From positions 1 to 56,184 of the forward strand of contig CAZETW010000006.1 in the NCBI GenBank assembly GCA_964515295.1: a stretch of DNA of 56,184 bases, given 5' to 3'. The notes under the pieces are model-generated. The model saw only the letters and a list, made by a program, of their open reading frames with translations. It did not search any database and was not told the DNA's origin. Below are positions 40,307 to 50,197 of the stretch, piece by piece. Source of the stretch: an uncultured bacterium (GTDB lineage: Bacteria; Zhuqueibacterota; QNDG01; CAYUAG01). The first letter of the stretch is position 1; the number at the start of each line of letters is the position of its first letter. A program made the translations under genes and the position numbers.

Positions 40307-40324
40307 TTAATATAATTGAGAAAA

Positions 40325-41014
40325 ATGACAAAATATATAACTGTCAAAAATATTGCGGGTTATATAGATCATACATATCTTAAACCAGATGCAAGAAAAA
40401 GTGATATTAGAAAATTGTGTCTGGAAGCAAAAAAGCATCACTTTCGTTCAGTATGTGTCAGTCCTTTATATATTGAGTATGCTTATGAGTTAATACAAGA
40501 TTCAGACATAACTATCTGTTCAGTAATTGGATTTCCCGCTGGACACCACAGAACAGAGGTAAAAGTATGTGAAGCTGAAAAAGCGCTTGATGCAGGTGCT
40601 ATGGAACTCGATATGGTTATTCAGGTAGGTTGTTTGATTGACGGCAATTATAAAACTGTTATTCATGATATTGAGTCTGTAACCAGAGTTTGTCATCAAC
40701 GATCAGCACTTATTAAAGTGATCATAGAAACAGCTTATTTATCCAGAAGAAAGAAAATAAAAGCTACAGATCTGGTAGTAAAATCGGGTGCAGATTATAT
40801 TAAAACTTCAACTGGTTTCGCTCATTCAGGTGCAACACTCAGTGATATAAAATTGTTACGAAAAATATTAAAAGGAACACATGTTAAAATAAAAGCTGCA
40901 GGTGGTATACGTACGTATGAAATGGCTGTGAATATGATCCAGGCAGGAACGGATCGTATAGGTACCAGTTCAGGAGTTTCCATTGTAAATGAAGAAAATA
41001 AAATTTGGAAGTAA
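40325..41014 (+). CDS. deoC: Deoxyribose-phosphate aldolase
   Basis: IDHTYLKP, ELDMV, KVIIET, IKTSTGF, IKAAGGIR, RIGTSSG. Confidence 0.95.
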   Translation: MTKYITVKNIAGYIDHTYLKPDARKSDIRKLCLEAKKHHFRSVCVSPLYIEYAYELIQDSDITICSVIGFPAGHHRTEVKVCEAEKALDAGAMELDMVIQVGCLIDGNYKTVIHDIESVTRVCHQRSALIKVIIETAYLSRRKKIKATDLVVKSGADYIKTSTGFAHSGATLSDIKLLRKILKGTHVKIKAAGGIRTYEMAVNMIQAGTDRIGTSSGVSIVNEENKIWK

Positions 41015-41119
41015 TTCATGGAATATGTTTTATCGATAATAATGAAGATAGTGTATATTAATGATTTATTTTATATGTGGAAATAATACAAATAAAAATC
41101 AATAAATACTGAGTTATAT

Positions 41120-42442
41120 ATGCAAAATGAATATTATAACATGGTTGATTTGATATGCCGTAAAAGAGATGGTAAGCTTTTATCTAAAAATGAAATTCAA
41201 TGGATGATTGCAGATTATATAAAAGGAGACATTCCAGACTATCAGATGAGTGCTCTTTTAATGGCAATAGTATTTAGAGGTATGAATAAAGAGGAAACAA
41301 CATTTTTAACTGAGAGTATGATAGCTTCCGGAGACAGTATTGATCTTTCAGATATTCCGGGTATTAAAGTAGATAAGCATTCTACCGGTGGAGTTGGAGA
41401 CAAGATTTCTTTAGTTCTTGCTCCTGTTGCTGCTGCTGCAGGTATAGTTGTACCGATGATGTCAGGACGGGGTTTAGGTCATACAGGGGGCACCCTGGAT
41501 AAACTTGAAGCTATTCCGGGATTCAATACCGATCTTTCTGTATCTGAGTTTAAAAAAATACTTAAAAAAATCGGTTTTGCTATGATGGGCCAGACAGATG
41601 CAATTGTTCCTGCGGATCGTAAATTATACAGTCTAAGGGATGTAAGCGGAACTGTTCCCAGTATACCTTTGATCTGCAGCAGTATTATCAGTAAAAAGAA
41701 AGCTGAGGGAACTGAGGCATTGGTAATGGATGTAAAAGTTGGAAGCGGTGCTTTTATACAGGACAGGAAAAAAGCTGCAACCTTAGCTCATACATTAGTT
41801 GAATTAGGTAATGAGCTTAATATAAAAACTGCAGCCTTGTTAACAAATATGGATGAACCTTTGGGCTATACAGTTGGAAACTGGCTTGAAACCAAAGAAG
41901 CAATAAATGTATTAAAGGGTGAAGGACCTGAGGATATTGTGGAACTCGTTGCTGCTCTGGGCGGTGCTATGCTAATGCTGGGAGGAATGACTGATGAGAC
42001 ATCAAAAGGAAAAAGAATGATCAAGAAACTGATAGACTCTGGAAAAGGATATGATAAGTTTCTTCAGATGGTAGATGTTCAGGGAGGTGATACATCAGTA
42101 GTTGAAAAACCTGAAAATTTTCCGTTTACCGGTGAAATGATTACTGTAAAAAGTCCTCTTTCCGGATATATTAAATCTGTTAATGCGTTGAAAACAGGGT
42201 TTCTTTCAGTCGAACTTGGTGCCGGCAGAAAAAAGAGAGAAGACAAGGTTGACCCTGGAGCGGGAATTGAGTTTTTAAAAAAACGAGGTGAAAAGATCAG
42301 CAGGAATGAACCTGTTGCAGTTCTATATACAAAAAAGAAAGCTGATGATTTCTTTAAACACCGACTGCTTGACTGTATATCATTTTCAGATTCAGCAGTT
42401 ACTGACCGGGAATTGATTTATGGATTTATTGATGAAAAATAA
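41120..42442 (+). CDS. pdp: Pyrimidine-nucleoside/thymidine phosphorylase
   Basis: KRDG, DKHSTGGVGDK, SGRGLGHTGGTLDKLE, LRDV.GTV. Confidence 0.93.
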   Translation: MQNEYYNMVDLICRKRDGKLLSKNEIQWMIADYIKGDIPDYQMSALLMAIVFRGMNKEETTFLTESMIASGDSIDLSDIPGIKVDKHSTGGVGDKISLVLAPVAAAAGIVVPMMSGRGLGHTGGTLDKLEAIPGFNTDLSVSEFKKILKKIGFAMMGQTDAIVPADRKLYSLRDVSGTVPSIPLICSSIISKKKAEGTEALVMDVKVGSGAFIQDRKKAATLAHTLVELGNELNIKTAALLTNMDEPLGYTVGNWLETKEAINVLKGEGPEDIVELVAALGGAMLMLGGMTDETSKGKRMIKKLIDSGKGYDKFLQMVDVQGGDTSVVEKPENFPFTGEMITVKSPLSGYIKSVNALKTGFLSVELGAGRKKREDKVDPGAGIEFLKKRGEKISRNEPVAVLYTKKKADDFFKHRLLDCISFSDSAVTDRELIYGFIDEK

Positions 42443-42603
42443 AAATTAAGCGTAAATTTAATAAAATATTATTTCTGGATAATCTATAATCTGAATATAA
42501 TTTATTTGTGTCATTTATTATATAAAAAACTTAACCGTTTAATTATATAATAACTAGTAATTATAATGTAATCAATTATAAATGTATAATTAAAAAAATT
42601 TCC

Positions 42604-42760
42604 AGGAGCTGACTAAAAAGTAGAAAATAACCACAGAATTCACAGAGTAATAAATGAGAGCACAGAGGATAATATATTATTTTTATTTATTTTGTGAATT
42701 CAGTGTGTTTCTCTGTCTACTCTGTGGTTTTATCATTTTAGGGCTTTTTAAACAACCCCT
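42604..42760. mobile_element. Degenerate MITE-like nested inverted repeat
   Basis: Outer aggagctgactaaaaag / ctttttaaacaacccct (13 of 17), inner aaccacaga...tctgtggtt. Confidence 0.55.
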
Positions 42761-42781
42761 CGTTCATTAATAACTTTCTTC

Positions 42782-42982
42782 TTATAATTTTGTTACATTA
42801 GAAGCCTGAGGGCCTTTATCACCCTGAGTTACTTCAAATTCTACAGCGTCACCTTCATTCAGACTTTTGTAACCGTCAGTATTAATGGCGCTGTAATGAA
42901 CAAATACATCCTCTCCCTCTTCACGTTCGATAAATCCATAACCTTTGTTGTTGTTAAACCACTTAACTGTACCTTTTTCCAT
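42782..42982 (-). CDS. Cold-shock protein
   Basis: GTVKWFN, KGYGFI (RNP1), DVFVHYSAI (RNP2), KGPQA. Confidence 0.97.
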   Translation of the reverse strand: MEKGTVKWFNNNKGYGFIEREEGEDVFVHYSAINTDGYKSLNEGDAVEFEVTQGDKGPQASNVTKL

Positions 42983-43472
42983 CTTACTTCCTTCTTACTT
43001 AATTAAAATTATACTTCAGTACATAATTTTTACGGTCTTTGCAAATTTCACTAAAAATGTAATAACCCTTTGATAAAATCTTAAAGGCAGGATAAAACTT
43101 TTTTTGTAAATAAAATTCTTTAAACACGTCTAAACCATGTACTATTATTAGGAACATAAATATACAACAATAATATTCTAAAATCAAGTATAATTTACAT
43201 TTTTCTATATTAATTTAAAAAAATAATAGTTATATATAAAAATAATCATTATTCAGATTAATATATTATTTTTATGTATAAAATCATGAATAAATCATCA
43301 GAAATTATATAAAATTTTGTTTTGTAATAGAATTAATTGATATTTTTTGTTATTTTGTTATATTGTGTTTAATTGGATTTATAAATTTTTTGAAAAAAAA
43401 TCTATGATTATTATTTTAAATACTCATATTTTTTCTTATTATTTTAATATAATATAAATGGAGGATTTTGTT

Positions 43473-44003
43473 ATGAAATCAAAAAAAATATCTCGAAGAG
43501 ATTTTGTTAAAAATGCTGCAGTTGGTACAGCAGCGTTAGGTGCTGGTTCTGTATTAGGATCAACTGATAAGGAGCAGAGAGAATTTAAAGGAGAAATGAA
43601 ATCTGAAAAAGTAGTAGAACTGCTGAATCAGGATATTACCGGTGAAATTGATGCAATCATGACCTATATGCGTAACGCTTTTGTTTCAGAACTGTGTGAA
43701 GCTGCTCATGAATTAGAAGAAGTCGGTATAGATGAGATGCGGCATGTTGACTGGCTTGCTGATCTTGTGACTGAATTTGGCGGGATTCCAACCATGGAAC
43801 ATCATGAACTTTCTTTTGGTGGAAATACACATGAAGATTTCCTCAGACGTTCTATAGAACTCGAAAAAAAGGCCATCAAACAGTATAATGAACATATTAA
43901 GATGATTGATCATAAGGAAGTAGTGGAAGTATTAAAAGTTATTGCATGGGAAGAGAATAAGCATTTAAAGGCATTTAATGAAATACTGGAAAAATTAAGT
44001 TAA
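43473..44003 (+). CDS. Tat-signal ferritin-like (di-metal carboxylate) protein
   Basis: SRRDFVK twin-arginine leader; GEIDAI, DEMRH, LEKKAI, EENKH ligand pattern; GGAGG RBS. Confidence 0.85.
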   Translation: MKSKKISRRDFVKNAAVGTAALGAGSVLGSTDKEQREFKGEMKSEKVVELLNQDITGEIDAIMTYMRNAFVSELCEAAHELEEVGIDEMRHVDWLADLVTEFGGIPTMEHHELSFGGNTHEDFLRRSIELEKKAIKQYNEHIKMIDHKEVVEVLKVIAWEENKHLKAFNEILEKLS

Positions 44004-44024
44004 TAATAACGGAGGCAAATCATT

Positions 44025-44789
44025 ATGCGACATTATAAGATATGGATTTGTTTAGTAATTTTGATTTTATTTGCTAACAATTTAATGGGAGCCGGTTTTA
44101 AGATTTACGGGTATAAAACTCTGGAAAAGGGAGAGTTTGAAATTGTATATTTCAACAATTATTTTGCAAAAAGTGATCTTTTCCAGGGTTACTTTGGGAA
44201 AATGGTTGACAGAGAAGGTCTTATGTTTCATTCTCTGGAACTGGAATATGGTTTAACAGATCGGTGGACTATTGCTGCGTATCTTGATTTTGAACAACCA
44301 GATGGTGAAGATTTTAAATATACACGGTTTCGGGGCGTTTTTTTCAGATATCGATTTTTTCGAAGAAATAGGTGTTTTATGGATCCGGCACTCTATATTG
44401 AATATTACTTACCCAGGAAAGATTATAAAAATGAACAAGAGATTGAAATAAAATTTATATTGGAAAAACAAATTGGTAAAACCAGTATAAAGCTTAATCC
44501 TAGTATTGAGAAAGTAGTAAAAGGACCTGAAGTTGATGAAGGATTGAAATTTAATTATGCTGCAGGTCTGTATTATCAGTTCCATGAAAAGATAAGAGGT
44601 GGGTTGGAATTTTTCGGTAAAATGGGTGAGATAAGTGAAATGAATTCTTCAGATAAGCGTCATTGGATATTTCCTGCTTTGAAAATTAAACTACCGTATC
44701 ATATCGGATGGGAGATTGGCGGCGGTTTTGGCTTAACAGATAACAGTGATGATTTTATAGTGAAAAATATATTATCAATAGAGTTTTGA
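44025..44789 (+). CDS. Putative outer-membrane beta-barrel protein
   Basis: Sec signal peptide, alternating aromatic/polar strands (LELEYGLTDRWTIAAYL), C-terminal Phe. Confidence 0.7.
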   Translation: MRHYKIWICLVILILFANNLMGAGFKIYGYKTLEKGEFEIVYFNNYFAKSDLFQGYFGKMVDREGLMFHSLELEYGLTDRWTIAAYLDFEQPDGEDFKYTRFRGVFFRYRFFRRNRCFMDPALYIEYYLPRKDYKNEQEIEIKFILEKQIGKTSIKLNPSIEKVVKGPEVDEGLKFNYAAGLYYQFHEKIRGGLEFFGKMGEISEMNSSDKRHWIFPALKIKLPYHIGWEIGGGFGLTDNSDDFIVKNILSIEF

Positions 44790-44945
44790 TTATCAATGCT
44801 GATTAAAATATTATTTCTTTGTAGCATTACAACATATTAAAAATTACAGTACTCCTCTTTTTTAGCTCATCCAGAAGTAATGTAAGGAAGATTGTATGTT
44901 AGTCTGTTTTACTGTGCTAAATTAAAAAATGGGAGATAAATAAAT

Positions 44946-46535
44946 ATGTTTAAAAAATATTATATATTTTTCTTACTAATTTTTTTGTTGCTGTCATGTG
45001 GATTACAGCCACAATATGATCTTTGTATCATTAATGGAAAAATTGTAGCAGGTGATGGGAATCCCTGGTATACAGCTGATATAGGGATCAAAAATGAAAA
45101 AATCATTTGTATAGGTGATATCGGTACGTCCCATGCAAAAAAAGTCATTGATGCTACCGGTTTATATGTATGCCCCGGGTTTATTGATATTCATAATCAT
45201 TCAGACAGATCTATTGCCAAAATACCCACAGCTGATAATTACCTTTTACAGGGAGTTACAACTGTTTTGGGTGGAAATTGCGGAGGGCATTATTATCCTG
45301 TGTCCGAACAGTTCCAGAAACTGGAGAAAAAGGGAATAGCTATAAATTTCTGTACATTAATTGGACACAATACTATAAGAGAAGAAACAATGGGGTTGAA
45401 GATGTCTGCACCCAGTGATGCAGAAATAGAAAAGATGAAGCAGTTGGTAGATCAGGAAATGAAAAGCGGAGCTGTGGGACTTTCTACAGGACTTGCTTAT
45501 ATGCCAGGCAGATATGCTGCAACAGAAGAAATCATCGAATTAGCCAGTATTGTTGGTAAGTATGGTGGGATGTATGCGTCTCATATCCGAAATCAGGGCA
45601 AAAAAATCACTGAATCAATCCAGGAAGCTATAGAAATTGGAGAAAAAAATAATATCCGGGTGGAAATTTCTCATATAAAGTTATGTATTGAACCAAACTG
45701 GGGAAAACCTGAATTGATTACCTTACCGGTAGAACAGGCCCGTGAGCGGGGAGTTGAAGTTTTTACAGATCAGTATCCCTATAATGCTACAAGTTCAGGA
45801 TTTTCCAGCAGTTTTCCTGCCTGGTCTCTGGAAGGAGGCAATGATAAACTAAAAGAGCGTTTAAAGAATGAGCAGTCCTATAAAAAAATAAAACAATATA
45901 TTATTGAAAAACGGTTAACATCACAGAAAGGGATAGATAAACTTTCCACTATATATATAGGAAATTATAAAGAGCAGCCGGACTGGGAAGGGAAAAATCT
46001 TCGGGAAATATTGATTTTTCTGCATAAAAAACCCACGATCAGTAATGGAGCTGATCTAATAATTGATATTCAGAAAAGCGGTGGTGCTTCCTGTGTATTT
46101 TTTCAAATGAAAGAGGAAGATACAGAATATCTTCTTAATCTTGACTATAATATGATCGCTTCAGATGGAGCTGTGACTGAATATGGTAAAGGTGTGCCTC
46201 ACTGCAGAAATTACGGTTCTTTTCCCCGATTTATAAGTAAGTATGTAAAAGAACGAAATGTACTCAGTTTGCCAGCAGCCGTGAGAAAGATGACTTCTCT
46301 CCCTGCTCAGGTTATACGATTAAATAAAAGAGGAATTATTAAAGAAGATATGTTTGCAGATTTGGTTATATTTGATCTCGATAAAATCAAGGATACTGCA
46401 ACGTACAGTAAGCCTCATAACTATCCTGAAGGTATAAACTGTGTAATTGTCAATGGTATTGTGGCAGCAGAAAACGGAGTTCCAACCGGATTATTACCAG
46501 GAAAAGTTTTATACGGTCCGGGCAGAAACAAGTAA
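44946..46535 (+). CDS. N-acyl-D-amino-acid deacylase family amidohydrolase (lipoprotein)
   Basis: LLSC lipobox, PGFIDIHNHSD, QGVTT..GNCG, SHIR, SHIK, ASDG, ADLVIFD. Confidence 0.92.
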   Translation: MFKKYYIFFLLIFLLLSCGLQPQYDLCIINGKIVAGDGNPWYTADIGIKNEKIICIGDIGTSHAKKVIDATGLYVCPGFIDIHNHSDRSIAKIPTADNYLLQGVTTVLGGNCGGHYYPVSEQFQKLEKKGIAINFCTLIGHNTIREETMGLKMSAPSDAEIEKMKQLVDQEMKSGAVGLSTGLAYMPGRYAATEEIIELASIVGKYGGMYASHIRNQGKKITESIQEAIEIGEKNNIRVEISHIKLCIEPNWGKPELITLPVEQARERGVEVFTDQYPYNATSSGFSSSFPAWSLEGGNDKLKERLKNEQSYKKIKQYIIEKRLTSQKGIDKLSTIYIGNYKEQPDWEGKNLREILIFLHKKPTISNGADLIIDIQKSGGASCVFFQMKEEDTEYLLNLDYNMIASDGAVTEYGKGVPHCRNYGSFPRFISKYVKERNVLSLPAAVRKMTSLPAQVIRLNKRGIIKEDMFADLVIFDLDKIKDTATYSKPHNYPEGINCVIVNGIVAAENGVPTGLLPGKVLYGPGRNK

Positions 46536-46657
46536 TCATTAATAGCTTTTAATCAATATAGTATGAATATTACAGGTAAAGAAATTGTAAAACACAAATA
46601 ATTATACTATATTATTGGTGTTGCAATTTTTAAAGCAGAAAGGATGATTTAATAAGG

Positions 46658-48487
46658 ATGGAAAGAAAAATTTCCGCTTTTGATATTTTCTGTATTGCAT
46701 CAGGTGTAATGATTAGCTCGGGAATTTTTATACTGCCGGGAATTGCATTTGGAAAAGTAGGCCCTGCAGTATTTCTTTCTTATGGTGTGGCCGGAATAGC
46801 TGCATTACTGGGAGTGCTGAGTATTATTGAACTCAGTACAGCCATGCCTAAGGCAGGTGGTGATTATTTTTTCATAACCAGAAGTCTTGGTCCATTTTTA
46901 GGACTTATTGTTGGTTTTTTCAGCTGGTTTTCCTTATCCCTAAAGACTGCTTTTGCTATTTATGGTATTTCGGAAATCCTATACTCAATAACCGGTTACA
47001 GTCAGATTATCTTTGCAATACTTGTAGCTCTGTTTTTTATTGTTCTTAATATAAAAGCTGTTGATTTGGCTGTAAAATTTGAGGCTATTATTGTTGTTTT
47101 ATTAATAATTATTATACTTACTTATATTCTTACTGGTTTGACAAATATAGATATTGAAAAATTTACCAATTTTGCACCCAGGGGAATAAATTCAATCTTT
47201 TTAACCGCTGGTTTTGTTTTTGTATCCTTTGGAGGTTTACTCAAAGTCGCAAGTTTAAGTGGGGAAGTGAAAAATCCTAAAAGATCGATCCCCATAGGGG
47301 TTATTTCCTCCATCCTGATTGTAACAATACTGTATGCAATGCTACTGATAGTTTTGGTAGGTACGTCGGATGCAAATCAGTTAACTCTATCTCTGACTCC
47401 TGTTGCAGACTCAGCGGAAAATTTTCTTGGTAGTGTTGGTTTTTTCCTTATCTCTATTGCAGCAATGCTGGCCTTTGTGTCTACTGCTAATGCCGGGATT
47501 TTATCATCATCACGATATCCTGTTGCTTTGAGCGAAGACCATCTGCTACCAAAAGCATTATGCAGAACACATAAGCGATATAAGACACCTGTACTGGCAA
47601 TTGTAATTACCGGATTACTTATTATCGGATCTCTTTTTTTAAAACTTGAGGCATTGGTGAAAGTTGCTTCTTCAACGGTTCTCTTTTCCTATATTCTCAC
47701 CAATATAGCTGTTATTGTACTGCATGAAAGCAAGATTCAAAATTACAGGCCTACATTTAAAGTACCTTTCTATCCTTTTATTCAAATTTTTTCAATAATT
47801 CTCTTTTTTATTCTCCTGATTGATGTAGGAATTGCGGCATTTGAAATAGTAGTTATAATAATCATATTAAGTCTGCTTATCTATATATTTTTTGGCAGGA
47901 AAAAATATGATAAGGAATATGCTTTACTTTATTTGATTGAAAGAATAATCGATAAAAAGTTATCTTCAGATAGTCTGGAAGGTGAATTAAAAGATATACT
48001 GCAAAAAAGAGACAATATTATTACTGACAGATTTCATTATTTAGTTGAAGAGAGTATTTTTTTGGATCTGGATGAAAGAATGACCAAAAACCAACTGTTT
48101 GAAAAGATAGCAAAGTGCTGCTGCAATGATTTAGATGTAACTCCGTCTGAATTATATCAAAGGCTGATAGAGCGGGAAAAAGAGTCGAGTACAGCTCTTA
48201 CTCCTTTTTTGGCAATCCCTCATATTATTATCAAAGGTAAAAATATATTTAAGATGTTTGTAATAAGAGTAAAAAAAGGAGTTGTATTCTCAGACAAGTT
48301 TGATTCGGTAAAAGCTGTTTTTGTTTTAATCGGCTCGAGTGATGAACGCCAGTTCCATCTTCAGGCGCTTTCATCCATTGCTCAGATTACTCATAATGAA
48401 TATTTTGAGAAACAGTGGATGGAAGCGAAAAGTATACGTAACCTGAAGGATGTCTGCCTACTCAGTGAAAGGAACAGACACTTATAA
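46658..48487 (+). CDS. APC family amino acid permease fused to PTS EIIA(Ntr/Fru)-like domain
   Basis: [28 protein letters not shown]; C-terminal EREKESST...LAIPH. Confidence 0.9.
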   Translation: MERKISAFDIFCIASGVMISSGIFILPGIAFGKVGPAVFLSYGVAGIAALLGVLSIIELSTAMPKAGGDYFFITRSLGPFLGLIVGFFSWFSLSLKTAFAIYGISEILYSITGYSQIIFAILVALFFIVLNIKAVDLAVKFEAIIVVLLIIIILTYILTGLTNIDIEKFTNFAPRGINSIFLTAGFVFVSFGGLLKVASLSGEVKNPKRSIPIGVISSILIVTILYAMLLIVLVGTSDANQLTLSLTPVADSAENFLGSVGFFLISIAAMLAFVSTANAGILSSSRYPVALSEDHLLPKALCRTHKRYKTPVLAIVITGLLIIGSLFLKLEALVKVASSTVLFSYILTNIAVIVLHESKIQNYRPTFKVPFYPFIQIFSIILFFILLIDVGIAAFEIVVIIIILSLLIYIFFGRKKYDKEYALLYLIERIIDKKLSSDSLEGELKDILQKRDNIITDRFHYLVEESIFLDLDERMTKNQLFEKIAKCCCNDLDVTPSELYQRLIEREKESSTALTPFLAIPHIIIKGKNIFKMFVIRVKKGVVFSDKFDSVKAVFVLIGSSDERQFHLQALSSIAQITHNEYFEKQWMEAKSIRNLKDVCLLSERNRHL

Positions 48488-48705
48488 ATTATTTCTGTGC
48501 CGGTTATATAATATTTTATGAATATGCTGACAGTTTCATGAAACAGCTTGCTGACAAATTTCTCAGCAATCAACGTGTTTACAACAGACCTGCTGCAACA
48601 GTAAAACAGTCTGATCAGAAAAAATCCGGCAAAAAAATCGGAAGAAATGATCCCTGTCCCTGCGGAAGCGGGAAAAAGTATAAAAACTGCTGCAGAAAAA
48701 ACTAA
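48487..48705 (+). pseudogene. C-terminal remnant of an anaerobic sulfatase maturase-like protein with SEC-C motif
   Basis: Not in the ORF track. Reads [21 protein letters not shown]...[23 protein letters not shown]. Confidence 0.7.
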
Positions 48706-48814
48706 CATATATATACATACATTCCACTGTAACTTGCAAACCTTTTCATCGTATAAAAAGTCATACCAGTAAGAGATGTTATTCTCAAATAACTAATCAA
48801 GAAAGGAGCATAGT

Positions 48815-49759
48815 ATGAAATGCAATAAGAGAGTTATGATAGTGATCAGTACCATTGGTTTGTTGATGTTCGGCTCATTTCTTATGGCTGCTGTAGAAGG
48901 TGATATTCATAAAACTTTTGATGTGCAAAAAAATGGATTATTGACCATTGAAGCTGATATTGGGTCCATAGAAATAAAAACGGTCGGAGGTAATAAGGTT
49001 GATGTTAACATTGATTTTGATAGAAGAAGGGGGAGCAGTTCACGAATTCGTGAAATTATGAGAAATATTGATGTACATTTTGAACACAGTGGTAAAGATG
49101 TAAGAGTTGTTTTAGACTATAACAGAGGTCTCAGTAACTTCTGGAATTCAGTAGGGAAATATCTGAAAGTAAAATTTATGGTAACTGTTCCCAGAGAGTA
49201 TAATGTTGATCTCCAAACTTCCGGGGGTAGTATTTCAGTTGATGATCTTAACGGGGAAGTGAAATCGTATACATCAGGAGGGAGTCTTTACTTTGGCAGT
49301 ATTGCTGGTCCGGTGTACGGCAAAACTTCCGGTGGGAGTATCACTCTGCGGGACTGTAAAGAACAGGTTAAAGTCACAACTTCAGGGGGCGGTATTGATA
49401 TCGGGGAAGTGTCTGGAAATGTTACTGCTCATACTTCAGGTGGAAGTATAAAGATCGATAAAGTAATGGGGATTATTGATGCCAGAACTTCAGGAGGAAG
49501 TGTCACTGCCTATATTTCAAAACAACCCCAAGGAAATTGCAGTTTAAAAACTTCTGGTGGTACGGTTACTGCTTATTTAGCAAGAGATGTTAAAGTGACA
49601 GTTAATGCGAGCACAAGCGGGGGAAAGGTGCAGACTGATTTTCCGGTTATGGTACAGGGAATCCTTAATAAACGTTCATTAAATGCAGAAATAAACGGTG
49701 GAGGGCCTGAATTATTTTTACGGACCTCTGGTGGTAATATTTATATTAAGGAGCGTTAA
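48815..49759 (+). CDS. DUF4097 beta-strand repeat (adhesin-like) secreted protein
   Basis: Signal peptide and repeated TSGGSI motifs. Confidence 0.9.
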   Translation: MKCNKRVMIVISTIGLLMFGSFLMAAVEGDIHKTFDVQKNGLLTIEADIGSIEIKTVGGNKVDVNIDFDRRRGSSSRIREIMRNIDVHFEHSGKDVRVVLDYNRGLSNFWNSVGKYLKVKFMVTVPREYNVDLQTSGGSISVDDLNGEVKSYTSGGSLYFGSIAGPVYGKTSGGSITLRDCKEQVKVTTSGGGIDIGEVSGNVTAHTSGGSIKIDKVMGIIDARTSGGSVTAYISKQPQGNCSLKTSGGTVTAYLARDVKVTVNASTSGGKVQTDFPVMVQGILNKRSLNAEINGGGPELFLRTSGGNIYIKER

Positions 49760-49776
49760 AAAAAGTTTTTTAGTTT

Positions 49777-49811
49777 AAGGTGGTCTCCATCTCACAGATG
49801 GAGACCACCTT
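49777..49811 (+). terminator. Strong hairpin, likely intrinsic terminator
   Basis: aaggtggtctccatct-cac-agatggagaccacctt, a perfect 16-bp stem. Confidence 0.75.
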
Positions 49812-49814
49812 ATT

Positions 49815-50032
49815 TCCCTGCTTGCCTGTTCCGCAGGGGCTCCGGCCCCTGCGGTAATAAAAGCTTTGCTATGTCTTTAACCTCCCGAAGGGTTCCAAAC
49901 CTTCGGGGGGTTTTCTTACTCAAGACCATCGTGAGTATTATCCCCTGACAGAGCGACAAGGCCCTTGAATTAATACGGCAGCGTATAAAACCCACCCTCA
50001 TACATCCATGACCTTTGATCTCAGAACAGGGA
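49815..50032. other. GC-rich multi-hairpin non-coding element (REP cluster or structured RNA)
   Basis: ccgcaggggc/gcccctgcgg, aacctcccgaagg/ccttcgggggtt and tactca/tgagta hairpins; the ends tccctg/caggga are complementary. Confidence 0.5.
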
Positions 50033-50197
50033 TTAACGATTTTTGATTTTTGATTTTTCATGGGGTTTACTTTATATTAAAATTTTATTGATTCCTGTAT
50101 TTTTTTTTATCAGAAAGTAGAAGAGAATCTTGACATTACAACAGTGATTTAGTAAACTGTTTTTAACACGTCATTATAAAAAAACAGGGGATGGATA

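Noticed and set aside
49815-50032. 6S RNA or riboswitch assignment
   Set aside because: The terminal TCCCTG/CAGGGA is suggestive, but the long irregular rod with central bubble and known riboswitch cores could not be identified.
49810-50061. 83-aa minus-strand ORF
   Set aside because: Built from heptamer repeats (KNQKSKI) and hairpins; no recognisable domain.
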